A stretch of DNA of 64,000 nucleotides from Laetmonice hystrix (lineage: Eukaryota). The stretch lies in NCBI GenBank assembly GCA_965235115.1, contig OZ249440.1:496001-560000 (forward strand). Direction: 5' to 3'. This document shows positions 1 to 11,773 of this stretch, in pieces (the stretch's first letter is position 1; every line of letters starts with the position of its first letter). A program made the position numbers and the translations under genes. Below the pieces are notes generated by a model that was not told the origin of the DNA, did not search any database, and saw only the letters and a program-made list of their open reading frames with translations.

Positions 1-190
1 GATTGGGGGAGAAGAGGGGGTAAGTATAGTTGTTGGAGTAACCAACTGTTTGCCCATTGTTACTCGGTGATGGAAGGTGATGTTAGACAAAGTTGATTGG
101 GGGAGAAGAGGGGGTAAGTATAGTTGTTGCAGTAACCAACTGTTTGCCCATTGTTACTCGGTGATGGAAGGTGATGTTAGACAAAGTTGA
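1..190. repeat. 94-bp tandem repeat, 2 copies visible (truncated by window edge)
   Basis: gattgggggagaagagggggtaag... recurs at 1 and 95. Confidence 0.85.
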
Positions 191-275
191 AAGAAACATG
201 ACGTGAGAACAGAGAACACAAGTATTTGAACAGTATCGCGAGAATGACATCTAAATGTCACACCATTTTTTTCAG

Positions 276-3200
276 CCGGTTTTGGAGGTCATTTGCTCCC
301 GTATGCGTTACATCTCCTCACAAATTGAGCGCAACATCCGCATCGTTGCACTCAGTTCATCATTGTCGAATGCCAAGGATGTGTCGCAGTGGTTGGGCTG
401 CAGTACCACTGGCTTCTTCAACTTTCATCCCAATGTCCGACCGGTGCCACTCGAACTCCACATCCAGGTAATCAATGACATTCCATTTACTGGGTCAGTT
501 TTATATGTACAGATTATTCAGGTGTATCTTACTGATTGTCCCCAATAAACCAAGTAGAGATTTACACCTGACAACTTGTGATTATGAATGATGGTAGAAA
601 ACCTGAGTTTGAATATTTGTGGTGTTTTATGTAACCTTGAACTTTGACCTTTCTCAGGGCTTCAACATCACCCACAATGCATCTCGTATCATTGCCATGG
701 CAAAGCCTGTCTACCACGCCATCACCAAACACTCGGCCAAGAAACCTGTCATTGTGTTTGTGCCATCACGGAGACAGACACGACTGACAGCTATTGATAT
801 CCTGACGTTCTGTGCAGCCGACTCACAGCCAACACGGTTCCTACATGTTGCAGAGAAAGAACTTGCTCCGTACCTGGAGAAGATCACTGACAAGGTTAGA
901 CACAACAAAGTTGCAGCATTAATAAATTTGGTTAATGTTTATTAAAGATGTTATAGAGTGTGCTACAAAAAGTTACCATTTCTATCAACTGATGGTTGCC
1001 GTTTATTTCAGACCCTGAAGGAAACTGTTAGTAATGGAGTGGCGTACCTCCATGAAGGTCTGACAGACGTGGAGCGCCATCTATTGGAGCAGTTGTTTGG
1101 TAGCGGTGCCATTCAAGTACTCATCACGTCACGGAACCTGGCATGGGGTCTTGACTTGGCCGCTCATCTCGTCATTGTAATGGATACACAGTTCTATGAT
1201 GGCAAGAACCACTCATACGAGGACTACCCCGTCACTGATGTACTTCAGACGATCGGCAAGGCCAACCGGCCACTGACGGATGATGAAGGTTAACTACCAT
1301 TTATTACACTCTGTCGCATACATAAGAAATTATAAAATGGGATTTTATGATGGTTTCCCGTTGGTACAAGAAATATCTGACAAGTACAAAAACTAGCTAG
1401 GTCTCATGTTGTACACCTCCATTTTGTGTTTGTAGGGAAAGCTGTGATATTGTGTCAGAGTTCCAAGAAAGACTTCTTCAAGAAGTTCTTGTACGAGCAG
1501 TTGCCAGTTGAGGTAAGCATCCACCTTATATTGTTAACCTGTATGTGTTTTGTTTGGGTGTGAGAGGTTGTGGTGGGGGAGAGGTTATCCTGTCGTGTTG
1601 TAGAGATTCTAACCTTAGATTGTTAACATGTAGATGTGTTTTGTTTGGGTGTGAGAGGTTGTGGTGGGGGAGAGGTTATCCTGTCGTGTTGTAGAGATTC
1701 TAACCTTAGATTGTTAACATGTAGATGTGTTTTGTTTGGGTGTGAGAGGTTGTGGTGGGGGAGAGGTTATCCTGTCGTGTTGTAGAGATTCTAACCTTAG
1801 AGTGTTAACATGTATGTGTTTTGTTTGGGTGTGAGAGGTTGTGGTGGGGGAGAGGTTATCCTGTCGTGTTGTAGAGATTCTAACCTTAGATTGTTAACAT
1901 GTAGATGTTTTGTTTGGGTGTGAGAGGTTGTGGTGGGGGAGAGGTTATCCTGTCGTGTTGTAGAGATTCTAACCTTAGAGTGTTAACATGTATGTGTTTT
2001 GTTTGGGTGTGAGAGGTTGTGGTGGGGGAGAGGTTATCCTGTCGTGTTGTAGAGATTCTAACCTTAGAGTGTTAACATGTAGATGTGTTTTGTTTGGGTG
2101 TGAGAGGTTGTGATGGGGAGAGGTTATCCTGTCGTGTTGTAGAGATTCTAACCTTAGATTGTTAACATGTAGATGTGTTTTGTTTGGGTGTGAGAGGTTG
2201 TGGTGGGGGAGAGGTTATCCTGTCGTGTTGTAGAGATTCTAACCTTAGATTGTTAACATGTAGATGTGTTTTGTTTGGGTGTGAGAGGTTGTGGTGGGGG
2301 AGAGGTTATCCTGTCGTGTTGTAGAGATTCTAACCTTAGATTGTTAACATGTAGATGTGTTTTGTTTGGGTGTGAGAGGTTGTGGTGGGGGAGAGGTTAT
2401 CCTGTCGTGTTGTAGAGATTCTTACCTTAGATTGTTAACATGTAGATGTATTTTGTTTGGGTGTGAGAGGTTGTGGTGGGGGAGAGGTTATCCTGTCGTG
2501 TTGTAGAGATTCTAACCTTAGATTGTTAACATGTAGATGTGTTTTGTTTGGGTGTGAGAGGTTGTGGTGGGGGAGAGGTTATCCTGTCGTGTTGTAGAGA
2601 TTCTAACCTTAGATTGTTAATGTGTTTATGTTTTGTTTGGGTGTGAGAGGTTGTGGTGGGGGAGAGGTTATCCTGTCGTGTTGTAGAGATTCTAACCTTA
2701 GATTGTTAACATGTAGATGTGTTTTGTTTGGGTGTGAGAGGTTGTGGTGGGGGAGAGGTTATCCTGTCGTGTTGTAGAGATTCTAACCTTAGAGTGTTAA
2801 CATGTAGATGTGTTTTGTTTGGGTGTGAGAGGTTGTGGTGGGGGAGAGGTTATCCTGTCGTGTTGTAGAGATTCTAACCTTAGATTGTTAACATGTAGAT
2901 GTTTTGTTTGGGTGTGAGAGGTTGTGGTGGGGGAGAGGTTATCCTGTCGTGTTGTAGAGATTCTAACCTTAGATTGGTAATGTGTTTACGTTTTGTTTGG
3001 GTGTGAGAGGTTGTGGTGGGGGAGAGGTTATCCTGTCGTGTTGTAGAGATTCTAACCTTAGATTGTTAACATGTAGATGTGTTTTGTTTGGGTGTGAGAG
3101 GTTGTGGTGGGGGAGAGGTTATCCTGTCGTGTTGTAGAGATTCTAACCTTATATTGTTAACATGTAGATATGTTTTGTTTGGGTGTGAGAGGTTGTGGTG

Positions 3201-6200
3201 GGGCAGAGGTTATTCTGTCGTGTTGTAGAGATTCTAACCTTGGATTGTTAATGTGTTTATGTTTTGTTTGGGTGTGAGAGGTTGTGGTGGGGCAGAGGTT
3301 ATCCTGTCGTGTTGTAGAGATTGATATGGCCGTCCCTTGTCCACAGTCTCACCTCGACCACTGCCTCCACGATCACTTCAATGCTGAGATTGTCACCAAG
3401 ACCATCGAGAACAAACAGGATGCTGTTGATTACCTGACGTGGACATTCATCTACAGGCGTATGACACAGAATCCCATCTACTACAGCCTGCAAGGTAAGG
3501 ACTGCTGCCTCATTGACCAGAGATCATTTCTCAACATCATTCTCAGATTATTTGTAAGTCTCATAGCATGTTAAAAGTTGTTATTGTTTGGTGTTAGGTG
3601 TGACCCATCGTCACCTGTCGGATCACCTGTCAGAACTGGTTGAGAATACACTCAACGACCTTGAACAGTCCAAGTGTATCAGCATTGAGGACGAGATGGA
3701 TGTCGCGCCACTCAACTTGGGCATGATTGCGGCATACTACTACATCAACTACACAACTATAGGTAGGCTCCTTAACATAATCCTCCATCATTACTCAATC
3801 ATAGTCAGGGCTCATATCGTACTACATCATTACTCAATCATAGTCAGGGTTCATATCGTAATACTCCATCATTACTCAATCATAGTCAGGGTTCATATCA
3901 TAATACTCCATCATTACTCAATCATAGTCAGGGTTCATATCGTAATACTCCATCATTACTCAATCATAGTCAGGGTTCATATCATAATACTCCATCATTA
4001 CTCAATCATAGTCAGGGTTCATATCGTAATACTCCATCATTACTCAATCATAGTCAGGGTTCATATCGTAATACTACATCATTACTCAATCATAGTCAGG
4101 GTTCATATCGTAATACTCCATCATTACCCTAATCATAGTCAGGGTTCATATCGTAATCCTCCATCATTACTCAATCATAGTCAGGGCTCATATCGTAATA
4201 CTCCATCATTACTCAATCATAGTCAGGCTTCATATCGTAATACTCCATCATTACTCAATCATAGTCAGGGGTCATATCGTAATCCATCATTATTCAATCA
4301 TAGTCAGGGTTCATATCGTAATCCTCCATCATTACTCAATCATAGTCAGGGTTCATATCGTAATCCATCATTACTCAATCATAGTCAGGGTTCATATCGT
4401 AATCCTCCATCATTACTCAATCATAGTCAGGGTTCATATCGTAATCCTCCATCATTACTCAATCATAGTCAGGGTTCATATCGTAATCCTCCATCATTAC
4501 TCAATCATAGTCAGGGTTCATATCGTAATACTCCATCATTACTCAATCATAGTCAGGGTTCATATCGTAATACTCCATCATTACTCAATCATAGTCAGGG
4601 TTCATATTGTAATACTACATCATTACTCAATCATAGTCAGGGTCCATATTGTAATACTACATCATTACTCAATCATAGTCAGGTTTGGGTGATGGGTCAC
4701 TAATGTTCATTTTATTGGAGAGTGAAGTAAGTTCTGCAAGCAATCAAACTTACACTTTATTAACCAGATTAAAATGATATACCACTGATTTTATAAGACG
4801 ATTGTTTATTAAACCGGCTGTCTTGATTGCAGAATTGTTCAGTATGTCCCTCAACAGTAAGACAAAAATCAAGGGATTGATTGAAATTGTGTCAAATGCT
4901 GCCGAGTATGAATCAATTCCCATCAGGCACAACGAGGAGACAGTTCTGAAACAAGTGAGTTGGCTCGGTCGATTATCTTTATATGTCCTCGGTCAAGGGA
5001 AGGCAACTCAATCTGGAATCAAAGGTTTCTGATTCACTCTGGAGAATATAATACAGGAATAGAAGATTTGTAGATTCTAAAATAATTAGGTCAAGTTGTT
5101 AAGAAACTCTACTGGAGCAAAAAAACAGAGATTTACGAGTTTGGTTTGTTTCAGCTGGCACACAAACTGCCAAACAAGCTGACAGCAGCCAAGTTCAACG
5201 ATCCACACGTCAAGACAAACCTACTTCTGCAGGCCCATCTCTCACGCATGCAGCTGTCGGCAGAACTCCAGTCGGACACTGAAGACATCCTCAACAAGGT
5301 AGGTGGCCTGTCGTAGTGAAACATTGGTTAGTTAATGAGACTTTCTGTGGTTCTCTGTGCTGTATGGTACACACTGCCTGTCCTAGAGTAAGTGACGCAG
5401 GATACCACAAAGTCAGTAAATGTTGTATGTTGTTGCAGGCAATCCGTCTCATCCAGGCATGTGTGGATGTACTCAGCAGTAACGGGTGGCTGTCACCAGC
5501 TCTTGCAGCAATGGAGCTAGCACAGATGGTGACTCAAGCTATGTGGGGTCGTGATTCCTACCTGAAACAGCTGCCTCATTTCACGGCAGATATCATCAAG
5601 AGATGCGGGGAGAAGGTAAGTCTATCCTGGGTGTAAGTCTATCCTGGGTGTGGCTGGTGTAGGGTTTGTTGTGTCTAGGAAGCCAGGATAAGTCAAGGAA
5701 TTGGATGTCAAGCGTGCTGGTTGGGGAAAAGTCTGAAAATGTTGTAACTACTTGCTCAAGTCTAGGAAAAGTCCAGGGCACTGTTTCACTAGCAGCGATG
5801 GCTGTTCCATCAGCATATTTTTGGTTCGTTGCCGATCAGACCATGTTTTGATGTTAGTGAACAAATTGAAACAATCTTTGATGTGATGGAGATGTGTGTG
5901 TTTGTTTACTGTAGGAGATTGAAACAATCTTTGATGTGATGGAGATGTGTGTGGTTGTTTACTGTAGGAGATTGAAACAATCTTTGATGTGATGGATGTG
6001 TGTGGTTGTTTACTGTAGGAGATCGAAACAATCTTTGATGTGATGGAGATGTGTGTGGTTGTTTACTGTAGGAGATTGAAACAATCTTTGATGTGATGGA
6101 GATGTGTGTGGTTGTTTACTGTAGGAGATCGAAACAATCTTTGATGTGATGGAGATGTGTGTGGTTGTTTACTGTAGGAGATTGAAACAATCTTTGATGT

Positions 6201-7298
6201 GATGGATGTGTGTGGTTGTTTACTGTAGGAGATTGAAACAATCTTTGATGTGATGGAGATGTGTGTGTTTGTTTACTGTAGGAGATCGAAACAATCTTTG
6301 ATGTGATGGATGTGTGTGTTTGTTTACTGTAGGAGATCGAAACAATCTTTGATGTGATGGAGATGGAAGATGACCAGAGAAATGAAGTCCTTCAGTTGAC
6401 CGAAGCCCAGATGGCTGACGTTGCGCGGTTCTGTAACCGGTACCCGAACATTGAACTCACATATGAGATCCAGGAGAAGGAAGACATCACGAGGTACTCG
6501 CAACTCCATCTAACCCCGTATCTTCCTCTGGGACCAACCATTGCAGTTGGTTTAGGGAGGCCTGTTATATTAGTTTGGATGTAATATGCACGAAACTTGT
6601 TGTCTCCACTGTTAACCAAATTTCCTCGGCTTGGGTTGGCTTCTCCTTTTCAGTTTCTTCTCTTAACAGTTTATCAGAAAGTCCCAAAATATGAGACTGT
6701 GATGCCCTGACTGTTTCTGTCATTGAGGTTTACTGTAACAATAAATCCACATTTGTTACAGCGGATCTCCTGTAAACATCCTGGTCACGTTGGAACGCGA
6801 GGATGAAATTGCAGGACCTGTCATTGCACCGTTCTACCCTCAGGTAAGTATCAGCTGCCCTAAGTGTAGCAAAAAACAAACCTTAGAGACGGTCATTATT
6901 AAATGTTGAAGGCCGTTCAGAAGCAGAATTTTTCACAGATTATATTTTTCCTTCAATCTCAGTCACGGTGAAGTAAATGCCCGTGTCGTGGGGTGCATAT
7001 ATTAAGAACTTAATAAAATTATGTTTACATATTTTTTTTTGAATTTCAGAAACGTGAGGAAGGTTGGTGGGTTGTGATAGGGGACCCCAAAACCAACTCT
7101 CTGCTCTCGATCAAGAGACTGGCTCTGCAGCACAAGGCCAAGGTTAAGTTAGATTTTGTGGCGCCAACACCGGGAAAACACAACTACACTTTGTTCTACA
7201 TGAGTGACGCATACATGGGCTGTGACCAGGAGTATAAGTTTAACATCACAGTTCATGAAGCTGCCAGTGGCAGCGAGAGTGGCAGCGACAGCGATTAA
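276..7298 (+). CDS. SNRNP200: U5 snRNP 200 kDa helicase (Brr2), C-terminal part only (second helicase cassette plus Sec63 domain); 5' end lies outside the window
   Basis: Exons 276-467, 658-894, 1012-1288, 1436-1512, 3347-3494, 3598-3762, 4833-4954, 5155-5298, 5439-5615, 6333-6493, 6762-6843, 7050-7298. All are AG/GT bounded with consistent phases (2031 nt, 676 aa plus stop). Recognisable motifs: [110 protein letters not shown] and an acidic SDSD end. Confidence 0.97.
1531..3320. repeat. ~91-bp minisatellite, ~20 copies, SNRNP200 intron
   Basis: Unit tgttaacatgtagatgtgttttgtttgggtgtgagagg...ctaaccttagat; period 1621 to 1712. Confidence 0.95.
3782..4683. repeat. ~42-bp minisatellite, ~21 copies, SNRNP200 intron
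   Basis: Unit ctccatcattactcaatcatagtcagggttcatatcgtaata. Confidence 0.95.
5863..6362 (+). repeat. 51/53-bp array copying the splice acceptor and first ~30 nt of a SNRNP200 exon
   Basis: Nine tttactgtag|GAGATYGAAACAATCTTTGATGTGATGG units; only the last (6333) continues into the exon. Confidence 0.93.
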
Positions 7299-7819
7299 CT
7301 TACAAAACAATAAACCAAGAATTTGATCCATGTCGTCTCCATAGACGGACCAAGGAAAACGGACTGATCGTACAACCGGCTCTGATAAACCAATGATGGT
7401 TACAGATATATGTTAAACACTGCCACGAAACAAACAAAAAATTAAAGCTAGATTTAGAAAGATGACTTTGACATGAATTTTCTCAACTATATTGAACACT
7501 GAAGAGCCTCAGATTTCAACATTCTGGCCCCGATATTTATAGACTTTTGTTGTGAACAGTTATAAGACGGTTCTCCTAACACAGGTACTGGTTACAAGAT
7601 GGTGAACGTTAAAAACAGGTGAACATGTTTGATGTGTGTCTGTGAGTCTGGACCGAGAGATGCTCGACCTGCACTGTCATCGAGTTGGGGCCATTATTTT
7701 TGTGTCGTTTCATATTACCGTACTTTTAGAATAACCCAGTATGCTAATGTAAGATGAAGGCAATAGGAGAAGATATGAGAAGGAGGTCAATAGTTGGACA
7801 GGGTTACACGGTGGGTCTG

Positions 7820-9340
7820 GGAAATCAGATTCAATTGGCATGGGAGTAAAGATTATGGTGAACCAGAGCAGGTCTGTGAATTCAGATTCAATCAGCGTGG
7901 AAAGTAAAGATTATGATGAACCGGAGCAGGTCTGTGAAATCAGATTCAATCAGCGTGGGAAGTAAAGATTATGATGAACCGGAGCAGGTCTGTGAATTCA
8001 GATTCAATCAGCGTGGGAAGTAATGATTATGATGAACCGGAGCAGGTCTGTGAATTCAGATTCAATCAGCGTGGGAAGTAATGATTATGATGAACCGGAG
8101 CAGGTCTGTGAATTCAGATTCAATCGGTGTGGGAAGTAAAGATTATGATGAACCGGAGCAGGTCTGTACAGTGGGTCTGTGAATTCAGATTCAATCGGTG
8201 TGGGAAGTAAAGATTATGATGAACCGGAGCAGGTCTGTGAATTCAGATTCAATCAGCGTGGAAAGTAAAGATTATGATGAACCGGAGCAGGTCTGTGAAT
8301 TCAGATTCAATCGGCGTGGGAAGTAAAGATTATGATGAACCGGAGCAGGTCTGTGAATTCAGATTCAATCAGCGTGGGAAGTAAAGATTATGGTGAACCG
8401 GAGCAGGTCTGTGAATTCAGATTCAATCGGCGTGGGAAGTAAAGATTATGATGAACCGGAGCAGGTCTGTGAATTCAGATTCAATCGGCGTGGGAAGTAA
8501 AGATTATGGTGAACCAGAGCAGAGCTGTACGGCGGGGCTGTGAATTCAGATTCAATCGGTGTGGGAGTAAAGATTATGATGAACCGGAGCAGGTCTGTAC
8601 GTCGGGTCTAATTCAGATTCAGTCAGCGTGGGAAGTAAAGATTATGATGAACCGGAGCAGGTCTGTGAATTCAGATTCAATCGGCGTGGGAAGTAAAGAT
8701 TATGATGAACAGAAGCAGAGCTGTACGGTGGGGCTGTGAATTCAGATTCAATCAGCGTGGAAAGTAAAGATTATGGTGAACCGGAGCAGGTCTGTGAATT
8801 CAGATTCAATCAGCGTGGGAAGTAAAGATTATGATGAACCGGAGCAGGTCTGTGAATTCAGATTCAATCGGCGTGGGAAGTAAAGATTATGATGAACCGG
8901 AGCAGGTCTGTGAATTCAGATTCAATCGGTGTGGGAAGTAAAGATTATGATGAACTGGAGCAGATCTGTGAATTCAGATTCAATCGGCATGGCAGTAAAG
9001 ATTATGGTGAACCAGAGCAGAGCTGTACGGCGGGGCTGTGAATTCAGATTCAATCGGTGTGGGAGTAAAGATTATGATGAACCGGAGCAGGTCTGTACGT
9101 CGGGTCTAATTCAGATTCAGTCAGCGTGGGAAGTAAAGATTATGATGAACCGGAGCAGGTCTGTGAATTCAGATTCAATCGGCGTGGGAAGTAAAGATTA
9201 TGATGAACAGAAGCAGAGCTGTACGGTGGGGCTGTGAATTCAGATTCAATCAGCGTGGAAAGTAAAGATTATGGTGAACCGGAGCAGGTCTGTGAATTCA
9301 GATTCAATTGGCATGGCAGTAAAGATTATGATGAACATTG
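7820..9340. repeat. ~58-bp minisatellite with an internal higher-order duplication
   Basis: Unit gtctgtgaattcagattcaatcggcgtgggaagtaaagattatgatgaaccggagcag. Confidence 0.92.
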
Positions 9341-9611
9341 TGGCGGATTAAAGTATCCCACTTCTGGAAGTAACTTGATTAGAAAAAGGAGATTGTTCAA
9401 CTGATTTCAGGTCTGCAGTAACTTTAGTGGAGATGATAAATTTGTGTAAATACTAGCGTGTAAACACAGTAAAAGCAAGATGTGTCAGGGGCACGTCTCA
9501 TGTCCGGCATGTACAGTTTTATGTGGGAACAGTAGACAAATAGTGAGAAAATGGAAACGGAAAATGTTTCAATAAAAAAAATTCCTGAAAGGTTGAAGGT
9601 GTTTTATTGTG

Positions 9612-11215
9612 TTTACACGAGAGAAATGGTGTCATGGGACAGTCAATAATATTCAGGTAGTTGGTTGGGACTTGGTTTATCATTTCATGTTGTGTTTAAA
9701 TGAGAGAAATGGTGTAATGGGACAGTCAATATTCAGGTAGTTGGTTGGGACTTGGTTTATCATTTCTTGTTGTGTTTAAATGAGAGAAATGGTGTCATGG
9801 GACAGTCAATATTCAGGTAGTTGGTTGGGACTTGGTTTATCATTTCATGTTGTGTTTACATGAGAGAAATGGTGTCATGGGACAGTCAATATTCAGGTAG
9901 TTGGTTGGGACTTTGTTTATGATTTCTTGTTGTGTTTACATGAGAGAAATGGTGTCATGGGACAGTCAATATTCAGGTAGTTGGTTGGGACTCGGTTTAT
10001 CATTTCTTGTTGTGTTTAAATGAGAGAAATGGTGTCATGGGACAGTCAATATTCAGGTAGTTGGTTGGGACTTGGTTTATCATTTCTTGTTGTGTTTACA
10101 TGAGAGAAATGGTGTCATGGGACAGTCAATAATATTCAGGTAGTTGGTTGGGACTTGGTTTATCATTTCTTGTTGTGTTTAAATGAGAGAAATGGTGTCA
10201 TGGGACAGTCAATATTCAGGTAGTTGGTTGGGACTTGGTTTATCATTTCTTGTTGTGTTTAAATGAGAGAAATGGTGTCATGGGACAGTCAATATTCAGG
10301 TAGTTGGTTGGGACTTGGTTTATCATTTCTTGTTGTGTTTACATGAGAGAAATGGTGTCATGGGACAGTCAATATTCAGGTAGTTGGTTGGGACTTGGTT
10401 TATCATTTAATGTTGTGTTTACATGAGAGAAATGGTGTCATGGGACAGTCAATATTCAGGTAGTTGGTTGGGACTTGGTTTATCATTTAATGTTGTGTTT
10501 ACATGAGAGAAATGGTGTCATGGGACAGTCAATATTCAGGTAGTTGGTTGGGACTTGGTTTATCATTTCATGTTGTGTTTAAATGAGAGAAATGGTGTCA
10601 TGGGACAGTCAATATTCAGGTAGTTGGTTGGGACTTTGTTTATGATTTCTTGTTGTGTTTACACGAGAGAAATGGTGTCATGGGACAGTCAATATTCAGG
10701 TAGTTGGTTGGGACTTGGTTTATCATTTCTTGTTGTGTTTAAATGAGAGAAATGGTGTCATGGGACAGTCAATATTCAAGTAGTTGGTTGGGACTTGGTT
10801 TATCATTTCTTGTTGTGTTTACATGAGAGAAATGGTGTCATGGGACAGTCAATATTCAGGTAGTTGGTTGGGACTTGGTTTATCATTTCTTGTTGTGTTT
10901 ACACGAGAGAAATGGTGTCATGGGACAGTCAATATTCAAGTAGTTGGTTGGGACTTGGTTTATCATTTCTTGTTGTGTTTAAATGAGAGAAATGGTGTCA
11001 TGGGACAGTCAATATTCAGGTAGTTGGTTGGGACTTGGTTTATCATTTCTTGTTGTGTTTACATGAGAGAAATGGTGTCATGGGACAGTCAATAATATTC
11101 AAGTAGTTGGTTGGGACTTGGTTTATCATTTCATGTTGTGTTTACATGAGAGAAATGGTGTCATGGGACAGTCAATATTCAGGTAGTTGGTTGGGACTTG
11201 GTTTATCATTTCATG
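9612..11215. repeat. 80-bp minisatellite, ~20 copies
   Basis: tgagagaaatggtgtcatgggacagtcaatattcagg... with period 9781 to 9861. Confidence 0.95.
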
Positions 11216-11328
11216 TCACATATCCAACCATGGCGTATAACCTTAGAAGTTTGGTGTTGACCCCGATCACACTGGCATAGAGAGGGAGAGCTTCTGTCGT
11301 AGCTGACGGTGGTACATTTCGATCGCTA

Positions 11329-11343
11329 CGCCACCTGGTGGCG
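11329..11343 (-). promoter_or_regulatory. CTCF-like motif upstream of GALC
   Basis: Reverse complement reads CGCCACCAGGTGGCG; motif match only. Confidence 0.35.
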
Positions 11344-11773
11344 GGTGGATCCATATACACAAAGGCAGGTGGCGCCACTGTGAGTCATACCGAAGACTAA
11401 GCAAAGATCATCCTACCAAAGAGTGTAGAATGATCCTACACTCTTTGGGCTAAGCCAGTCTGTATGATATCGGTTATCAAACTGATCAATCTGTCACTTC
11501 CGAAACCATTCTGATCGATTGATTATCAAACTGATCGATCAACCCTCAATCAGTTTATCAATCGGCCACTTTGAGTGGTCGATTATCAAACTGATCGACG
11601 AAAACGTAGTGACGATAAGTGACGGTTGGTGGCGCCACTATACACTGCGGGCCGCCATGGCTGGCTGCACACGCCAGTCAGGGCCCAGGGCCCAGGCAGT
11701 AGGCCGTCCTTCCGTACTGACAGGATGAGGTGAGAAAGTTAGCAGGACAGCCAGTAGTCGACAAACAGTGAGG

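Noticed and set aside
3763-4703. 371-aa ORF 3588..4703 as a novel His/Ser-rich protein
   Set aside because: Only 3598-3762 is a SNRNP200 exon; the rest is read-through into a stop-free 42-bp intronic array.
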